A stretch of 32,000 nucleotides of DNA from Wigglesworthia glossinidia endosymbiont of Glossina brevipalpis (GCA_000008885.1 BA000021.3:270001-302000), one strand, 5' to 3'. Numbered from the stretch's first letter, positions 1 to 11,666 are shown. Translations and numbers: made by a program. Notes: generated by a model from the letters alone, not told the origin.

Positions 1-1317
1 TGCTATATTATAAGCTAGCTTGATTATTTTATTTTCTTCTTTACCTTCTACCATTATTCTTATCAAAGGTTCTGTTCCAGATTTTCTTAATAATATTCTT
101 CCATTACCATCTAAATTTTTTTTAGATATTTCAATAATTTTTTTTACTATATTTGATTCTAAAGGATTATTTTCTTTATCTATTTGAACATTAATTAAAA
201 TTTGGGGAAATAAATTTATTCCATTGCAAAGATTTTTCAATGTTGTATTGTTCTTTGCTATAATTGATAAAATTTGCAATCCTGCTATTATTCCGTCTCC
301 AGTAGATGTATGATCTAACAAAATTACATGACCTGAATTTTCAGCTCCTATTTTCCATCCTTGTTTTTCTAGTTCGTTTAATACGTATCTATCTCCAATT
401 CTAGACCTGATGAAAGGTACCTCTAATTTTTTTAGAGCTATTTCTAGTCCCATATTGCTCATTAGAGTTCCAACTACACCTCCATTTAATTTTTTATTTT
501 TTAATTTATCACAAGCTATAATATATAAAATTTGATCACCATTAACAATATTTCCAAGATGATCTATCATAATAATTCTATCTCCATCTCCATCATATGC
601 TATTCCTAAATGAGCTTTATTTTGTAAAACTTTTTTTCTTAAAAGTGATATATTTGTTGTTCCACATTTATAATTTATATTTTTTCCGTTTGGATTACAT
701 CCTAATTTAAAAACATTTGCTCCAAGATTTTTTAACAAAACAGGTGCTATTTGATATGTAGATCCATTAGCACAATCTACAACAATATTTAACCCTTTTA
801 AATTTATATTATTTGATACTGTAGATCTACAAAATTTAATGTATTGATTTATTAAATTTACTTTCTGATATTTATTTTTACAATATATATTTTTTTTTAA
901 AATTGTTAATTTAGATAATTTGATTTCTATATCATTTTCTAATTTATCTGATAACTTTTTTCCATTTACAGAGAATATTTTAATTCCATTATCAGAACAT
1001 AAATTATGTGATGCAGAAACTGATATACCTGCGTCTGCTTTTAAATAAGATGTTAAATAAGAAATTGCTGGAGTAGGAATAGATCCAATCAATAAAGACG
1101 AAAGACCAGAACATGATAGACCATATGCTAGTGTAGACTCTAGTATAAATCCAGATTGTCTAGTGTCATTTCCTATTAATACTTTATTAAAAGAATTTTC
1201 TTTATATAATAAATTTCCAATTACAAAACCTAACTTAAAAAAAAATTCTGGAGTGATTGGGTTTTTACCAACTTTCCCTCTTATTCCATCTGTTCCAAAA
1301 TATTTATTATTTTCCAT
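1..1317 (-). CDS. glmM: phosphoglucosamine mutase, 3' end beyond window
   Basis: Manual reverse-strand translation from ATG at 1317 gives [25 protein letters not shown]..., then the phosphoserine-loop motif ...ISVSASHNL..., metal-binding DGDGD, and GGEKSGH-like GAENSGH; open to the window edge. Confidence 0.95.
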
Positions 1318-2107
1318 AAAATAAATTTTTTTTTGCTAAGATAAATTTTTTAAATATATCAATTGCAACAATTGTTTCTTTTACATCATGAGCTCTAATT
1401 ATAGAAGCCCCTTCAATCAAGGAAAGAATAGCACATGAAATACTTCCAGATAAACGGCTTTCTGGAGTAAATAAATTATTTTCATCTGTCATTGATTTTC
1501 TTGACATTCCTACTAATATTGGAATATTAAAAGATTTAAATTTTCCTAAATTTGACAATAAAGTAAAATTATGATTTATTGTTTTGCCAAAACCAAAACC
1601 TGGATCTATAATGATACGATCTTTACTTATTCCTTTGCTTTTAAGAAAATTTATTTTTTTTTCAAAAAATTTTTTTATTTCTGACAAAATGCAATTATAT
1701 TTTGGTTTTTTTTGCATAAATCTAGGGCTTCCCCTCATATGCATTAGACAGATCATAATATCACTTTTAGAAATAACATGCAAAGAACTAAACTCCCTTA
1801 AAGATCTAATATCATTTATCATATGAACACCTAAATCTATACATTTTGTTAAAATATTTTGTCTAGAAGTATTTATGGATACAATTATATTGAATTCTTT
1901 TATTATTTCTTTTATTATAGGAATAACTCTACTCTCTTCAACTTTTTCACTAACTCTCTTCGCTCCTGGCCTGCTAGATTCACCTCCTACATCGATTATA
2001 CTTGCTCCTTCAAGTATCATTTTTGAAACTTGTTTTATAGCATTTTTAACATTAATAAATTTTCCACCATCAGAAAATGAATCACTTGTAACATTTAAAA
2101 TTCCCAT
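1307..2107 (-). CDS. folP: dihydropteroate synthase
   Basis: [15 protein letters not shown] and [11 protein letters not shown] motifs; overlaps the glmM start by 11 nt; order ftsH-folP-glmM as in E. coli. Confidence 0.95.
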
Positions 2108-2200
2108 AACTGATGGATTATTCAGAACTATATTTGATTTTTTTTTTAATTTTTTTCATAAATTTTTAATATTTATTAAAATTATATTTTGTTTATTTTA

Positions 2201-4117
2201 TCATTGTATATTATTAGTAACACTTGTATTGTTAGATATGTTATTTTTAGATTTATTTATAATATCATCTTTATTATTATGTCTTTTAGAATCTTGGTTA
2301 TCACATGGTGGCCTAACTGGTTTTCTTTTCATTAAATCATCTATTTGATATGCATTTATAGTCTCGTATTTCATCAAAGCATCTTTCATTGCATGTAATA
2401 TATCAATGTTATCTATAATTAGATTTTTAGCTCTTAAATAATTTTTTTCTATTAATATTTTTATTTCTTGATCAATAATTCTGGCAGTTTTATCAGATAT
2501 ATTTTGAGATTTTGTCACTGAGCGTCCTAAAAATATCTCTCCTTCTTCTTCTGAATACAACAACGGACCTAATTTATCAGAAAATCCCCACTGAGTTATC
2601 ATATTTCTTGCAATAGATGTTGCTACTTTTATGTCATTAGACGCACCAGTAGATACATTAGATAGTCCATATATAATTTCTTCTGCTAATCTACCTCCAT
2701 ATAAAGTTGAAATTTGGCTTTCTAGTTTTTGTCTACTTATGCTTATAACATCTCCTTTAGGTAAAAAAAATGTAATTCCTAAAGCTCTTCCTCTAGGGAT
2801 TATTGTCACTTTATGAACAGGATCATGACCTGGAACTAACCTGCCAACTATTGCATGGCCAGCTTCATGATATGCAGTGGCTTCTTTTTGTTTTTCTGTC
2901 ATAACAAGTGATTTTCTTTCTGCACCCATCATTATTTTATCTTTTGCTTTTTCAAACTCCATCATAGACACATTTTTTTTATTTTTCCTAGCAGCAAATA
3001 AAGCTGCTTCATTTACTAAGTTTGCTAAGTCCGCCCCAGAAAATCCAGGAGTTCCTCTAGCAATAACTGCGGCATCTATATCAGAAGAAAGAGGAATAGC
3101 TTTCATGTGAACTTTAAGTATTTGTTCTCTACCTCTAACATCTGGAAGACCAACTACAACTTGTCTATCGAATCTACCAGGTCTTAAAAGAGCTGGATCT
3201 AAAACATCAGGTCTATTTGTAGCAGCAATTACAATAATTTCTTCATTTCCTTCAAACCCATCCATTTCTACTAACATTTGATTTAAAGTTTGCTCTCTTT
3301 CATCATGACCTCCTCCCAATCCAGCCCCTCTTTGTCTTCCTACTGCATCAATTTCATCAATAAATATAATGCATGGAGCAGTTTTTTTAGCTTGATCAAA
3401 CATGTCTCGTACCCTAGATGCTCCAACTCCTACAAACATTTCTACGAAATCAGATCCAGAAATTGTAAAAAATGGAACTTTTGCTTCTCCAGCAATAGCT
3501 TTTGCTAAAAGAGTTTTTCCAGTACCAGGAGGCCCTACCATTAATATTCCCTTTGGGATTTTCCCACCAAGTTTTTGAAATCTGCTTGGCTCTTTTAAAT
3601 AATCTACTAATTCGCTTACTTCTTCTTTAGCTTCATCACATCCTGCAACGTCTGAGAATGTAGTTTTTATTTGATCTTCTGTAAGCATTTTAGCTTTACT
3701 TTTACCAAAAGACATTGCTCCTTTCCCTCCTCCTCCTTGCATTTGCCTCATAAAAAATATCCATACTCCTATTAATAATAGCATTGGAAACCAAGATATA
3801 AAAATAGAAGTTAATAAACTTGGTTCTTCAGGAGGTTCGCCTATTATTTTTACATTCTTAGATAATAATATATCTAATAATTTAGAATCATTAATAGGAA
3901 TATATGTAACATATCTACTTCCATCTTTTTTTAAAGCAAAAATTTCTCTACCATTAATTCTAGTTTCTTTTATTTGATCTTGATTAAGCTCTGAAATAAA
4001 AGCAGAATATTCTACTTTTCTTCTATTTGAATCATTTGGGCCAAAACTTTGAAAAATAGACATTAAAACAACTGCTATTATTAACCAAAGAATTAGGTTT
4101 TTAGCCATGTCACTCAA
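2201..4117 (-). CDS. ftsH: ATP-dependent zinc metalloprotease FtsH
   Basis: Walker [12 protein letters not shown] region RPGRFDRQ, zinc motif HEAGH, N-terminal TM segment. Confidence 0.98.
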   Translation of the reverse strand: MSDMAKNLILWLIIAVVLMSIFQSFGPNDSNRRKVEYSAFISELNQDQIKETRINGREIFALKKDGSRYVTYIPINDSKLLDILLSKNVKIIGEPPEEPSLLTSIFISWFPMLLLIGVWIFFMRQMQGGGGKGAMSFGKSKAKMLTEDQIKTTFSDVAGCDEAKEEVSELVDYLKEPSRFQKLGGKIPKGILMVGPPGTGKTLLAKAIAGEAKVPFFTISGSDFVEMFVGVGASRVRDMFDQAKKTAPCIIFIDEIDAVGRQRGAGLGGGHDEREQTLNQMLVEMDGFEGNEEIIVIAATNRPDVLDPALLRPGRFDRQVVVGLPDVRGREQILKVHMKAIPLSSDIDAAVIARGTPGFSGADLANLVNEAALFAARKNKKNVSMMEFEKAKDKIMMGAERKSLVMTEKQKEATAYHEAGHAIVGRLVPGHDPVHKVTIIPRGRALGITFFLPKGDVISISRQKLESQISTLYGGRLAEEIIYGLSNVSTGASNDIKVATSIARNMITQWGFSDKLGPLLYSEEEGEIFLGRSVTKSQNISDKTARIIDQEIKILIEKNYLRAKNLIIDNIDILHAMKDALMKYETINAYQIDDLMKRKPVRPPCDNQDSKRHNNKDDIINKSKNNISNNTSVTNNIQ

Positions 4118-4161
4118 AGGGCAACCTCATTTGTAAATGTTTTAATAGTATAATCAGAATA

Positions 4162-4772
4162 CTATAGTTTATAATTAACTGCCACAATGTATATTTCTTT
4201 AGAACGAGATCTTGATGAAATAGGTTTAAATATTTTTATTTTTTTAAATGAATTTTCAATTTTTTTACAAAAGTTTTTAATTTCTACACTATTAAAACTT
4301 TTAATTATTAATTTTCCGTTTTTTAACAATAAATATTTACATATATTTAATATATTATTATTTAAAGAAATCCATCTAGAATGGTCTATAATTGATAATC
4401 CTGTTATATTAGGTGATATATCACATAATATTATGTGTACTTTTTTTTTACTTTTTTTATTTTTTTAATAGTAATTTTTTCAAAAATATTTCCTAATATG
4501 AAAGATACATTTGGAATGGGATTCATCAAATCAATATCACAAGCAATTACTTTGCCTGACATTCCAACTTTTTGAGATGAATATTTAGACCAACCACCTG
4601 GAGATGATCCTATGTCTAATACTACCATTCCTGGTTTAATAATATTATTTTTTTTTTGTATTTCGTCAATTTTAAACCAAGCTCTAGACCTGTATTTACA
4701 TTTTTTGGATTCTTTTACAAATTTATCTGAATAATGTTCCGACAACCACCAATTAGAACACATATTTTTCAT
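4162..4772 (-). CDS. rlmE: 23S rRNA 2'-O-ribose U2552 methyltransferase, frame disrupted at A9 tract (4441-4449)
   Basis: 5' frame: RSRAWFKIDEI..., LDIGSSPGGWS. Adding one A at the tract continues as KVHIILCDISPNITG...LIIKSFNS...SRSRSKEIYIVAVNYKL*, which aligns to E. coli RlmE through its C-terminus. Confidence 0.9.
4441..4449 (-). other. poly-A tract (A9 on coding strand), frameshift/slippage site in rlmE
   Basis: GT-A9-GTAC on the minus strand; frame 0 terminates at TAA (4431-4433), one extra A restores the conserved frame. Confidence 0.85.
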
Positions 4773-4882
4773 TTTACACCTTTTTAAAATTTAATATATT
4801 TAACAATTTTTGTTTAAATTTTTATTTAAAAAATAAAATATTATGAATATTTTATAATATAATTAATTTTTAAAAAATTTAT

Positions 4883-5359
4883 TTACAAATAATTTATTTT
4901 TAGTATTTTATATTTTATAATACCACTAGGAGTATTTATATTAACTATCTCTAATGTTTTTTTCCCTATTAATCCTCTAGACAAAGGAGAACTAATAGAT
5001 ATTAAATTATTTTTAAAATTTGCTTCATCATCTCCAACTATTTTATAAGTTTTTTCTTCTAAAGTTTTTAAATTTTTTATAGTAATAGTTGACCCAAATA
5101 CTACTCTATCTCTAAATGGGATTTTTTTAATATCAATTATTTTAGAATGCATTAATTTAGATTCAATTTCTTTAATTCTGCTTTCACAAAAATATTGTTG
5201 TTCTTTTGCGGCTTGATATTCGGCATTTTCTTTTAAATCTCCATATTGTCTTGCTTCAGATATAGATTTAATAATTTCAGATCTTTTTGTCTGTTTTAAG
5301 TATTTTAGCTCTTCACGTAATTTTTCTGCGCCTTTCAAGGTCATTGGAATGTAATTCAT
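4883..5359 (-). CDS. greA: transcription elongation factor GreA
   Basis: [17 protein letters not shown]...RPEI-like coiled coil, EYQAAKEQQ; length 158 aa. Confidence 0.96.
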   Translation of the reverse strand: MNYIPMTLKGAEKLREELKYLKQTKRSEIIKSISEARQYGDLKENAEYQAAKEQQYFCESRIKEIESKLMHSKIIDIKKIPFRDRVVFGSTITIKNLKTLEEKTYKIVGDDEANFKNNLISISSPLSRGLIGKKTLEIVNINTPSGIIKYKILKINYL

Positions 5360-5484
5360 AAGTGCATCTCTTACAATTTTAAAAAATTAGTGATTAATAA
5401 ATTAAATTAAATTATTATGATTAATTTTTATAATTATATTTATATTTGTAAATAACAATATATGTTAAATAATTTTTACTAAAA

Positions 5485-5558
5485 TGCATCCGAGAGGACT
5501 TGAACCCCTGGCCTCTCGGTTCGTAGCCGAGTGCTCTATCCAACTGAGCTACGGATGC
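5485..5558 (-). tRNA. tRNA-Arg (anticodon ACG)
   Basis: Reverse complement GCATCCGTAGCTCAGTTGGATAGAGCACTCGGCTACGAACCGAGAGGCCAGGGGTTCAAGTCCTCTCGGATGCA folds as a cloverleaf; anticodon loop CTACGAA. Confidence 0.97.
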
Positions 5559-5563
5559 AAAAA

Positions 5564-5651
5564 CGGTGAGAGAGGGATTCGAACCCTCGATGCAAATTAA
5601 TTACATACTCCATTAGCAGAGGAGCGCCTTAATCCGCTCGGCCATCTCACC
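5564..5651 (-). tRNA. tRNA-Ser (anticodon GCT)
   Basis: Reverse complement GGTGAGATGGCCGAGCGG...CTCCTCTGCTAATGGAG...GGTTCGAATCCCTCTCTCACCG with a long variable arm. Confidence 0.96.
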
Positions 5652-5700
5652 TATATTTAAAAGGCAAAAATAATACTTATTATTAAAAGCATTTTTTATG

Positions 5701-8322
5701 TTATTTTAAATTTTTTGATAATATCATAAATATTTTTTTAAACATAGATTTTAAATCTATTAAATTTACTACTCCTACAGCTTCTGCAAAATAAGAATTT
5801 CCCCCGCCTTTTATAGATTTTATTTCTTTAAAATATGATATAATCTCTTTTGCTGTTATTATATTAACTAAATTATTAGTTACTCCTGTTACAATATATA
5901 AGTTATCTTTTTTGATCGAAGCCAAAATAACAATCCCATTTTTTAAATTTGTTTTTACTTTATTTAAAATTTCTCTTAATATAATTTTATCAATCTCTTC
6001 ATTAAAATAATCCATTATTATTTCAAAATTATTAATTTTTTTAATTTTATTAAAAATCAATTTTATATAATTTTTTATTATTTTATTTTTTAAATTTTTA
6101 TTTTTTTTCTCTAGAATTTTTAAGTTCTCTGTTATTTTTTCTATTTTATTAACAATTTCATTAGAATTACTTTTTATTAAAGAACTAATAGTGTTAATAT
6201 CATTAAATTTTTTTTGTATGAATGCAATTGCAGTTTCTCCTGTTATTGCTTTTATTCTATAAGTGTCAGAGGAAATTTTAGAAAAATTAGTTATAACAAA
6301 ACATCCGATATCTCCTGTTCTATTAGCATGAGTTCCTCCACATAATTCGATAGAAAAATCTCCAATATTTAATACTCTAACTAAATCTTTATATTTATTT
6401 TTAAATAAAGCTTTAGCTCCAATTTTTAATGCATTTTTTAAATCCATATTGTTAGAATGAATAATTACATTATCTCTAATTTTCTCATTTATTATATTTT
6501 CAATTTCATTAATTTTTTCTATATTAATTTTTTTACCATAAGAAAAATCAAAACTTAAATATTTTTCACATATTAAAGAACCTTTTTGAATAATATTTTT
6601 ATCTAATAAACAATTTATAGCATAATGTAATAAATGAGTTGAAGAATGATTTAAAGAAATTTTATTTCTTTTTATTTTATTTACATATGCAGTTATTTTA
6701 TTATTTATTTTTAATATACCTTGAATAACTTTTCCATAATGGTAAAAATAGTTTCCTAACTTTTTAGTATCAATTACTGAAAAAACTCCATCTTTAGATT
6801 TTATTTCTCCAGAATCTCCAACTTGTCCTCCAGATTCACCGTAAAATGGTGTTTTATCTAAAATAATAATTCCTTCTTGATTTTCTTTTATTTCTTTTAT
6901 TTCTTCTTTTAAATTATATATATTTAATATTTGAGATTCACATTTTAAATAAGAATATCCACAAAATTTTGTACAATAATTATTTAATAATTTTAAATTA
7001 AATTTATTAAAACAACTATTTTTATAAGATTTATTTTTTTGCTCGTTCATGGCATGAAAAAAACCTTTTTCATCAACATTTATTTTATTTTTTATACATA
7101 TATCATTAGTAAGATCTATTGGAAATCCAAATGTATCATGTAACTTAAATGCTATTTCTCCTTTTAAAATATTATTTTTTATTTTTTTTAAATTTTTATT
7201 TAGGAAAATCATTCCCTTTTTTATAGAAAAGAAAAAAATTTTTTCTTCTTCTTTAATTATGTTTTCTATTTCTTTTTTCTTTTTTATAATTTTAGAATCG
7301 ATATAGCTCATTATATTAATAGCAGGGGATACAAGTTTATAAAAAAAACAACTTTTATTTAATATATAATTTCCATGAAATATAGCTCTTCTTATAATTC
7401 TTCTTAAAACATACCCTCTTCCTTCTTTTGAAGGAATGACTCCATCATAAATTAAAAAAATTGCAGAACGTATATGATCGGCAATTATTCTTAAAGAATA
7501 ATTTTTGATGTTTTTTATCTCTATTATTTTTGAAATTTCATATATAAGTTTTTTAAATAAATCTATACTATAATTAGAGTTAACTTTTTGTAAAACACAT
7601 GATATTCTTTCCAACCCCATTCCAGTATCAATAGAAGTTATTGGTAAACGAGATAATTTTCCATTTAGATGCAAATTAAATTGCATAAATACTAGATTCC
7701 AAATTTCTATATATTCTTCATCATAAATTTTTATATTTTTATAATTTATTGATTTTCCAAAAAAATAAAATATTTCTGAACATGGACCGCACGGTCCAGT
7801 ATCTCCCATTGTCCAAAAATTATCTGAATTGTATAATATATTGTTTTTATCTTTTATAAAAATTATGTTTTTAGGATTAATATTGGTTTTTTCAACCCAT
7901 AAATTATATGATTCAATATCTTTGTAATATATTGTAACTATTAATTTTTCTTTAGATAAATCAAACCATTTTTTACTAGTTAATAGCTCCCAAGCGAATT
8001 GAATGGTGTCAGATTTAAAATAAGACCCAAAACTAAAATTTCCTAACATTTCAAAAAAAGTATGATGACGATTAGTTTTTCCTATCATGTTTAAATCATT
8101 ATGCTTTCCTCCAACCCTAATGCATCTTTGAGCAGTTGCTACTCGAATATATTTTGGTTTTTTAAAACCAAGGAATATATCTTTAAATTGATTCATGCCA
8201 GAATTAGTGAATAGCAAAGTTTTATCATTATCTGGTATTAATGTACTACTATCCATTATTTTATGTTTTTTTTCATAAAAAAAATTTAAAAATATATTTC
8301 TTATTTCTGTTGTTTTTTTCAT
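5701..8322 (-). CDS. alaS: alanyl-tRNA synthetase
   Basis: TNSGMNQFKDIFLG, ATAQRCIRVGGKHNDL, GDTGPCGPCSEI, HSSTHLLH, ELCGGTHANRTGDIG. Confidence 0.98.
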   Translation of the reverse strand: MKKTTEIRNIFLNFFYEKKHKIMDSSTLIPDNDKTLLFTNSGMNQFKDIFLGFKKPKYIRVATAQRCIRVGGKHNDLNMIGKTNRHHTFFEMLGNFSFGSYFKSDTIQFAWELLTSKKWFDLSKEKLIVTIYYKDIESYNLWVEKTNINPKNIIFIKDKNNILYNSDNFWTMGDTGPCGPCSEIFYFFGKSINYKNIKIYDEEYIEIWNLVFMQFNLHLNGKLSRLPITSIDTGMGLERISCVLQKVNSNYSIDLFKKLIYEISKIIEIKNIKNYSLRIIADHIRSAIFLIYDGVIPSKEGRGYVLRRIIRRAIFHGNYILNKSCFFYKLVSPAINIMSYIDSKIIKKKKEIENIIKEEEKIFFFSIKKGMIFLNKNLKKIKNNILKGEIAFKLHDTFGFPIDLTNDICIKNKINVDEKGFFHAMNEQKNKSYKNSCFNKFNLKLLNNYCTKFCGYSYLKCESQILNIYNLKEEIKEIKENQEGIIILDKTPFYGESGGQVGDSGEIKSKDGVFSVIDTKKLGNYFYHYGKVIQGILKINNKITAYVNKIKRNKISLNHSSTHLLHYAINCLLDKNIIQKGSLICEKYLSFDFSYGKKINIEKINEIENIINEKIRDNVIIHSNNMDLKNALKIGAKALFKNKYKDLVRVLNIGDFSIELCGGTHANRTGDIGCFVITNFSKISSDTYRIKAITGETAIAFIQKKFNDINTISSLIKSNSNEIVNKIEKITENLKILEKKNKNLKNKIIKNYIKLIFNKIKKINNFEIIMDYFNEEIDKIILREILNKVKTNLKNGIVILASIKKDNLYIVTGVTNNLVNIITAKEIISYFKEIKSIKGGGNSYFAEAVGVVNLIDLKSMFKKIFMILSKNLK

Positions 8323-8423
8323 AATAAAAATATCTTTTGAAATAAAATTTATAAAATAAAAATTAAATTATAAAAATAAATAAATTTTTTAATCAAAAAT
8401 ATTTAATGATATTTTTTAAAAAC

Positions 8424-9419
8424 TTATTTAATCAAATTAATTTCTCTGATTTTTCTAGAAATTTCTTTAGAAATATTTGGATTGTTTTTTAAAAAATTGC
8501 ATGCATTATTTTTTCCTTGTCCTATTTTATTTTTATTATAACTATACCATGAACCTGATTTTTCAATTATATTATGATTAACTCCTAAAGTGATTAATTC
8601 TCCTTCAGTGTTTATTCCATTTCCATATAAAATTTGAAATTCTGCTTGCCTAAAAGGAGCAGATATTTTATTTTTTACTACTTTTACTCTAGTTTCGTTT
8701 CCTATAATAATATCTCCATCTTTAATAGTTCCAATTTTTCTAATATCCAATCTTACTGAAGCATAAAATTTTAAAGCGTTCCCTCCAGTAGTAACTTCAG
8801 GGCTACCAAATATAGTTCCTATTTTAACTCGAATTTGGTTGATAAAAATCAAAAGAGTATTGGCATTTTTAAGATTTCCTGCCAGCTTCCTCATTGCCTG
8901 GCTCATCATTCTAGCCGCTAATCCTAAATGTAAATCGCCTATTTCTCCATCTATTTCAGCTTTTGGAGTCAACGCTGCCACAGAATCTACTATAATAAGA
9001 TCTACTGCTCCTGATCTAGTTAATGAATCACAAATTTCTAAAGCTTGCTCTCCATTATCAGGTTGAGAGCATAATAAATTATTAATATCTACTCCTAGAT
9101 TTTTAGCATATATTGGATCTAAAGCATGTTCAGCATCTATAAATGCACATATTTTACCCTTTTTTTGTGCTTCATAAATAACTTCTAATGTTAATGTTGT
9201 TTTTCCAGAAGATTCAGGACCGTAAATTTCAACAATTCTTCCCATTGGAAGACCTCCTGTGCCTAAAGCAATATCTAAAGACAAAGACCCTGTAGAAATA
9301 GTTTCTATATCCATAGATCTATTTTCTCCAAGAGTCATTATAGATCCTTTTCCGAATTGTTTTTCAATTTTATCTAAAGCTTTTTCTAAAGCTTTTTTTT
9401 TATTGTTTTCAATTATCAT
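8424..9419 (-). CDS. recA: recombinase RecA
   Basis: [41 protein letters not shown]; lacks the acidic C-terminal tail. Confidence 0.98.
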   Translation of the reverse strand: MIIENNKKKALEKALDKIEKQFGKGSIMTLGENRSMDIETISTGSLSLDIALGTGGLPMGRIVEIYGPESSGKTTLTLEVIYEAQKKGKICAFIDAEHALDPIYAKNLGVDINNLLCSQPDNGEQALEICDSLTRSGAVDLIIVDSVAALTPKAEIDGEIGDLHLGLAARMMSQAMRKLAGNLKNANTLLIFINQIRVKIGTIFGSPEVTTGGNALKFYASVRLDIRKIGTIKDGDIIIGNETRVKVVKNKISAPFRQAEFQILYGNGINTEGELITLGVNHNIIEKSGSWYSYNKNKIGQGKNNACNFLKNNPNISKEISRKIREINLIK

Positions 9420-9548
9420 TTAATTCCTCAAAATAATGTATATATAAAAAAATTATTTTGTATTTTTTATAAAAAAATTTTATATTTAATTTTATTTTTT
9501 ATAAATTTTATTTAAAATAATTTTTATATATTAAATTTTAAATTAATT

Positions 9549-10586
9549 ATGAATTATATTTGTGAAAAAATTAAATATAAAAAATTAATAAGCCCAAAAA
9601 AATTAAAAAAAATTTTTAAAATAAAAAAAGAAGAAGAATTTTTTGTTTTAAGATCTAGAAAAACTATTAGTAATATTATTAATAAAAAAGACAATAGAAA
9701 ATTAATTATATGTGGTCCTTGCTCTATTCATGATATAGAATCCACAATTGAATATGCAAGAAAATTAAATATTTTGTACAAAAAATTAATAGATAAAATA
9801 TATATTGTAATAATGATACGTTATGAAAAAAAAATAAATTTTTCAGAATGGAAGGGAATGATTTATGATCCATATTTGAATGGATTACATGATATTAATC
9901 ATGGATTAAAAGTTATTAGAAATTTGTTAATTAAGTTAATAAAAATCAAACAACCTATAGCAATAGATATATTGAATCCATTTTTTTATTATTATTTCGA
10001 TGATGTTATTAGTTGGGCATCTATTGGATCTGATCTAATAAATTCTCAAATTAGTTTAGCATTTTCGTCTAATTCATCAATCCCAATAGGTTTTAAAAAT
10101 AGTTCAGATGGAAATATAGAAAATACTTTAAATGCAATTATAAAGTATTCTAAAATTAATGAATTTATTGGAATAAATGAAAGTGGAAAATCTTGTATTA
10201 TAAGAAGCCCAGGAAATATTAATAATCATATTATATTAATAGGTGGAAATTTTCCAAATTATTTTCTTCAAAATATATATGATTGCAAAAAAAGAATGAA
10301 GAATTCTAGAATTACTACATCTATAATGATAGATTGCAACAATGGAAATTATTATAAAAATTATAATGATCAAATAGAAGTAATTAAATCATGTATTAAG
10401 TTTTTAAAAAAAAATAATAAAATAATTATAGGACTAATAATAAAAAGCTATATTAATTCTGGAAATCAGAAGTTTATTTTTCCTAAAAATAAAATAAAAT
10501 ATGGATTATCAATAACCAGTCCTTGTATTAATTTAAAAGATACTAAACTTTTTTTACATAATTTATATGAATCAATAAATATATAA
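9549..10586 (+). CDS. DAHP synthase (AroG/F/H family) homolog with most catalytic residues replaced
   Basis: GPCSIHD, EWKGMIYDP, IGFKNSSDG, HIILIGG..PNY, SGNQ, YGLSIT motifs across the full 345 aa; family assignment is clear, catalytic function is doubtful. Confidence 0.9.
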   Translation: MNYICEKIKYKKLISPKKLKKIFKIKKEEEFFVLRSRKTISNIINKKDNRKLIICGPCSIHDIESTIEYARKLNILYKKLIDKIYIVIMIRYEKKINFSEWKGMIYDPYLNGLHDINHGLKVIRNLLIKLIKIKQPIAIDILNPFFYYYFDDVISWASIGSDLINSQISLAFSSNSSIPIGFKNSSDGNIENTLNAIIKYSKINEFIGINESGKSCIIRSPGNINNHIILIGGNFPNYFLQNIYDCKKRMKNSRITTSIMIDCNNGNYYKNYNDQIEVIKSCIKFLKKNNKIIIGLIIKSYINSGNQKFIFPKNKIKYGLSITSPCINLKDTKLFLHNLYESINI

Positions 10587-10654
10587 AAAACTAATTTAAA
10601 TAATTGATTTTTCAAATAAAATTTGAATAAAATTTATTTTTTAATTATATTTTA

Positions 10655-11296
10655 TTAATTAATAAAGTTATAATATTCTATAATATCTTTTATTATCAAA
10701 ACTGGCATATTATATTTTTTAGAAAAATTTATTATTTCTGGCATTCTAGCCATAGATCCATCATCGTTCATTACTTCACATATAACTCCTGCTGGTTTTA
10801 GCCCTGCTAATTTTGTTAAATCTACTGCAGCTTCTGTATGACCGGCTCTGCTTAAAATTCCTCCTGGATGTGCTTGTAATGGAAAAACATGACCTGGACG
10901 ATTTAAGTCATCTGGTTTTGCGTTATCTTTTATTGCTGTTTTTATAGTAATTATACGATCGTATGCAGATACACCTGTGGTAATTCCATAAGCTGATTCT
11001 ATACTTACAGTGAAAGCAGTTTTATATTTACTATTATTTTTTTTTACCATCATTGGTAAATTTAATATTTTACATTTTTCTTTAGTTAAACATATACATA
11101 CTATTCCGCTTCCAAACCTAATAGCTAAAGCCATCTGATTAACCGTCATATTTTCTGCAGCAAATATCATGTCTCCTTCGTTTTCTCTATTTTCATCGTC
11201 TAATACTAAAATCCCATTCCCTCTCTTTAAAGATTGTAAAGCATTTTTTACCCTCTGAACTGGATCACCAAATTCAGACAAAAGTTTTTTATTCAT
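10655..11296 (-). CDS. ribB: 3,4-dihydroxy-2-butanone-4-phosphate synthase
   Basis: [44 protein letters not shown]. Confidence 0.97.
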   Translation of the reverse strand: MNKKLLSEFGDPVQRVKNALQSLKRGNGILVLDDENRENEGDMIFAAENMTVNQMALAIRFGSGIVCICLTKEKCKILNLPMMVKKNNSKYKTAFTVSIESAYGITTGVSAYDRIITIKTAIKDNAKPDDLNRPGHVFPLQAHPGGILSRAGHTEAAVDLTKLAGLKPAGVICEVMNDDGSMARMPEIINFSKKYNMPVLIIKDIIEYYNFIN

Positions 11297-11666
11297 TGTT
11301 TAATTCCTCTACTAATATTTGATATTAAATATATTTTATATTTAAAGTACTAAAATTATTTGTCTGAATATAAACTTTTTGAAAATATATTTATAGTAAA
11401 AGAATATACCTTTAAATTTATTTTTTTTCAATAAAAAATAAAATATAAATTGTTTTTTATTATTAATTAAAATATTTTTACATTTAAAATTTATTTTTTT
11501 TAATTAAAATTATTAATGATTTAAATATTAAAATATATATTTATTATTAATTTTATAAATAAAAAAACAAAATTATAAATAAATTTTTTATTTTATTTTT
11601 AAAGTTTATAATAAAACTTAATTTGATTAAATTAATATTTTTTAAATAAAAATTTTTATTAAAAAT

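Noticed and set aside
1-1317. Possible frameshift in glmM, since no ORF is listed here
   Set aside because: I translated the whole minus strand by hand and it is continuous, including through a T9 run; it is missing from the track because its stop lies outside the window.
2631-3508. Antisense ORFs on the plus strand across ftsH (2631, 2877, 3290)
   Set aside because: Hydrophobic mirror translations of a conserved gene with no family similarity or start context.
4187-4468. 93 aa plus-strand ORF opposite rlmE
   Set aside because: Low-complexity Phe/Leu-rich product antisense to the frameshifted 3' half of rlmE; visible only because the real gene is broken in the ORF track.
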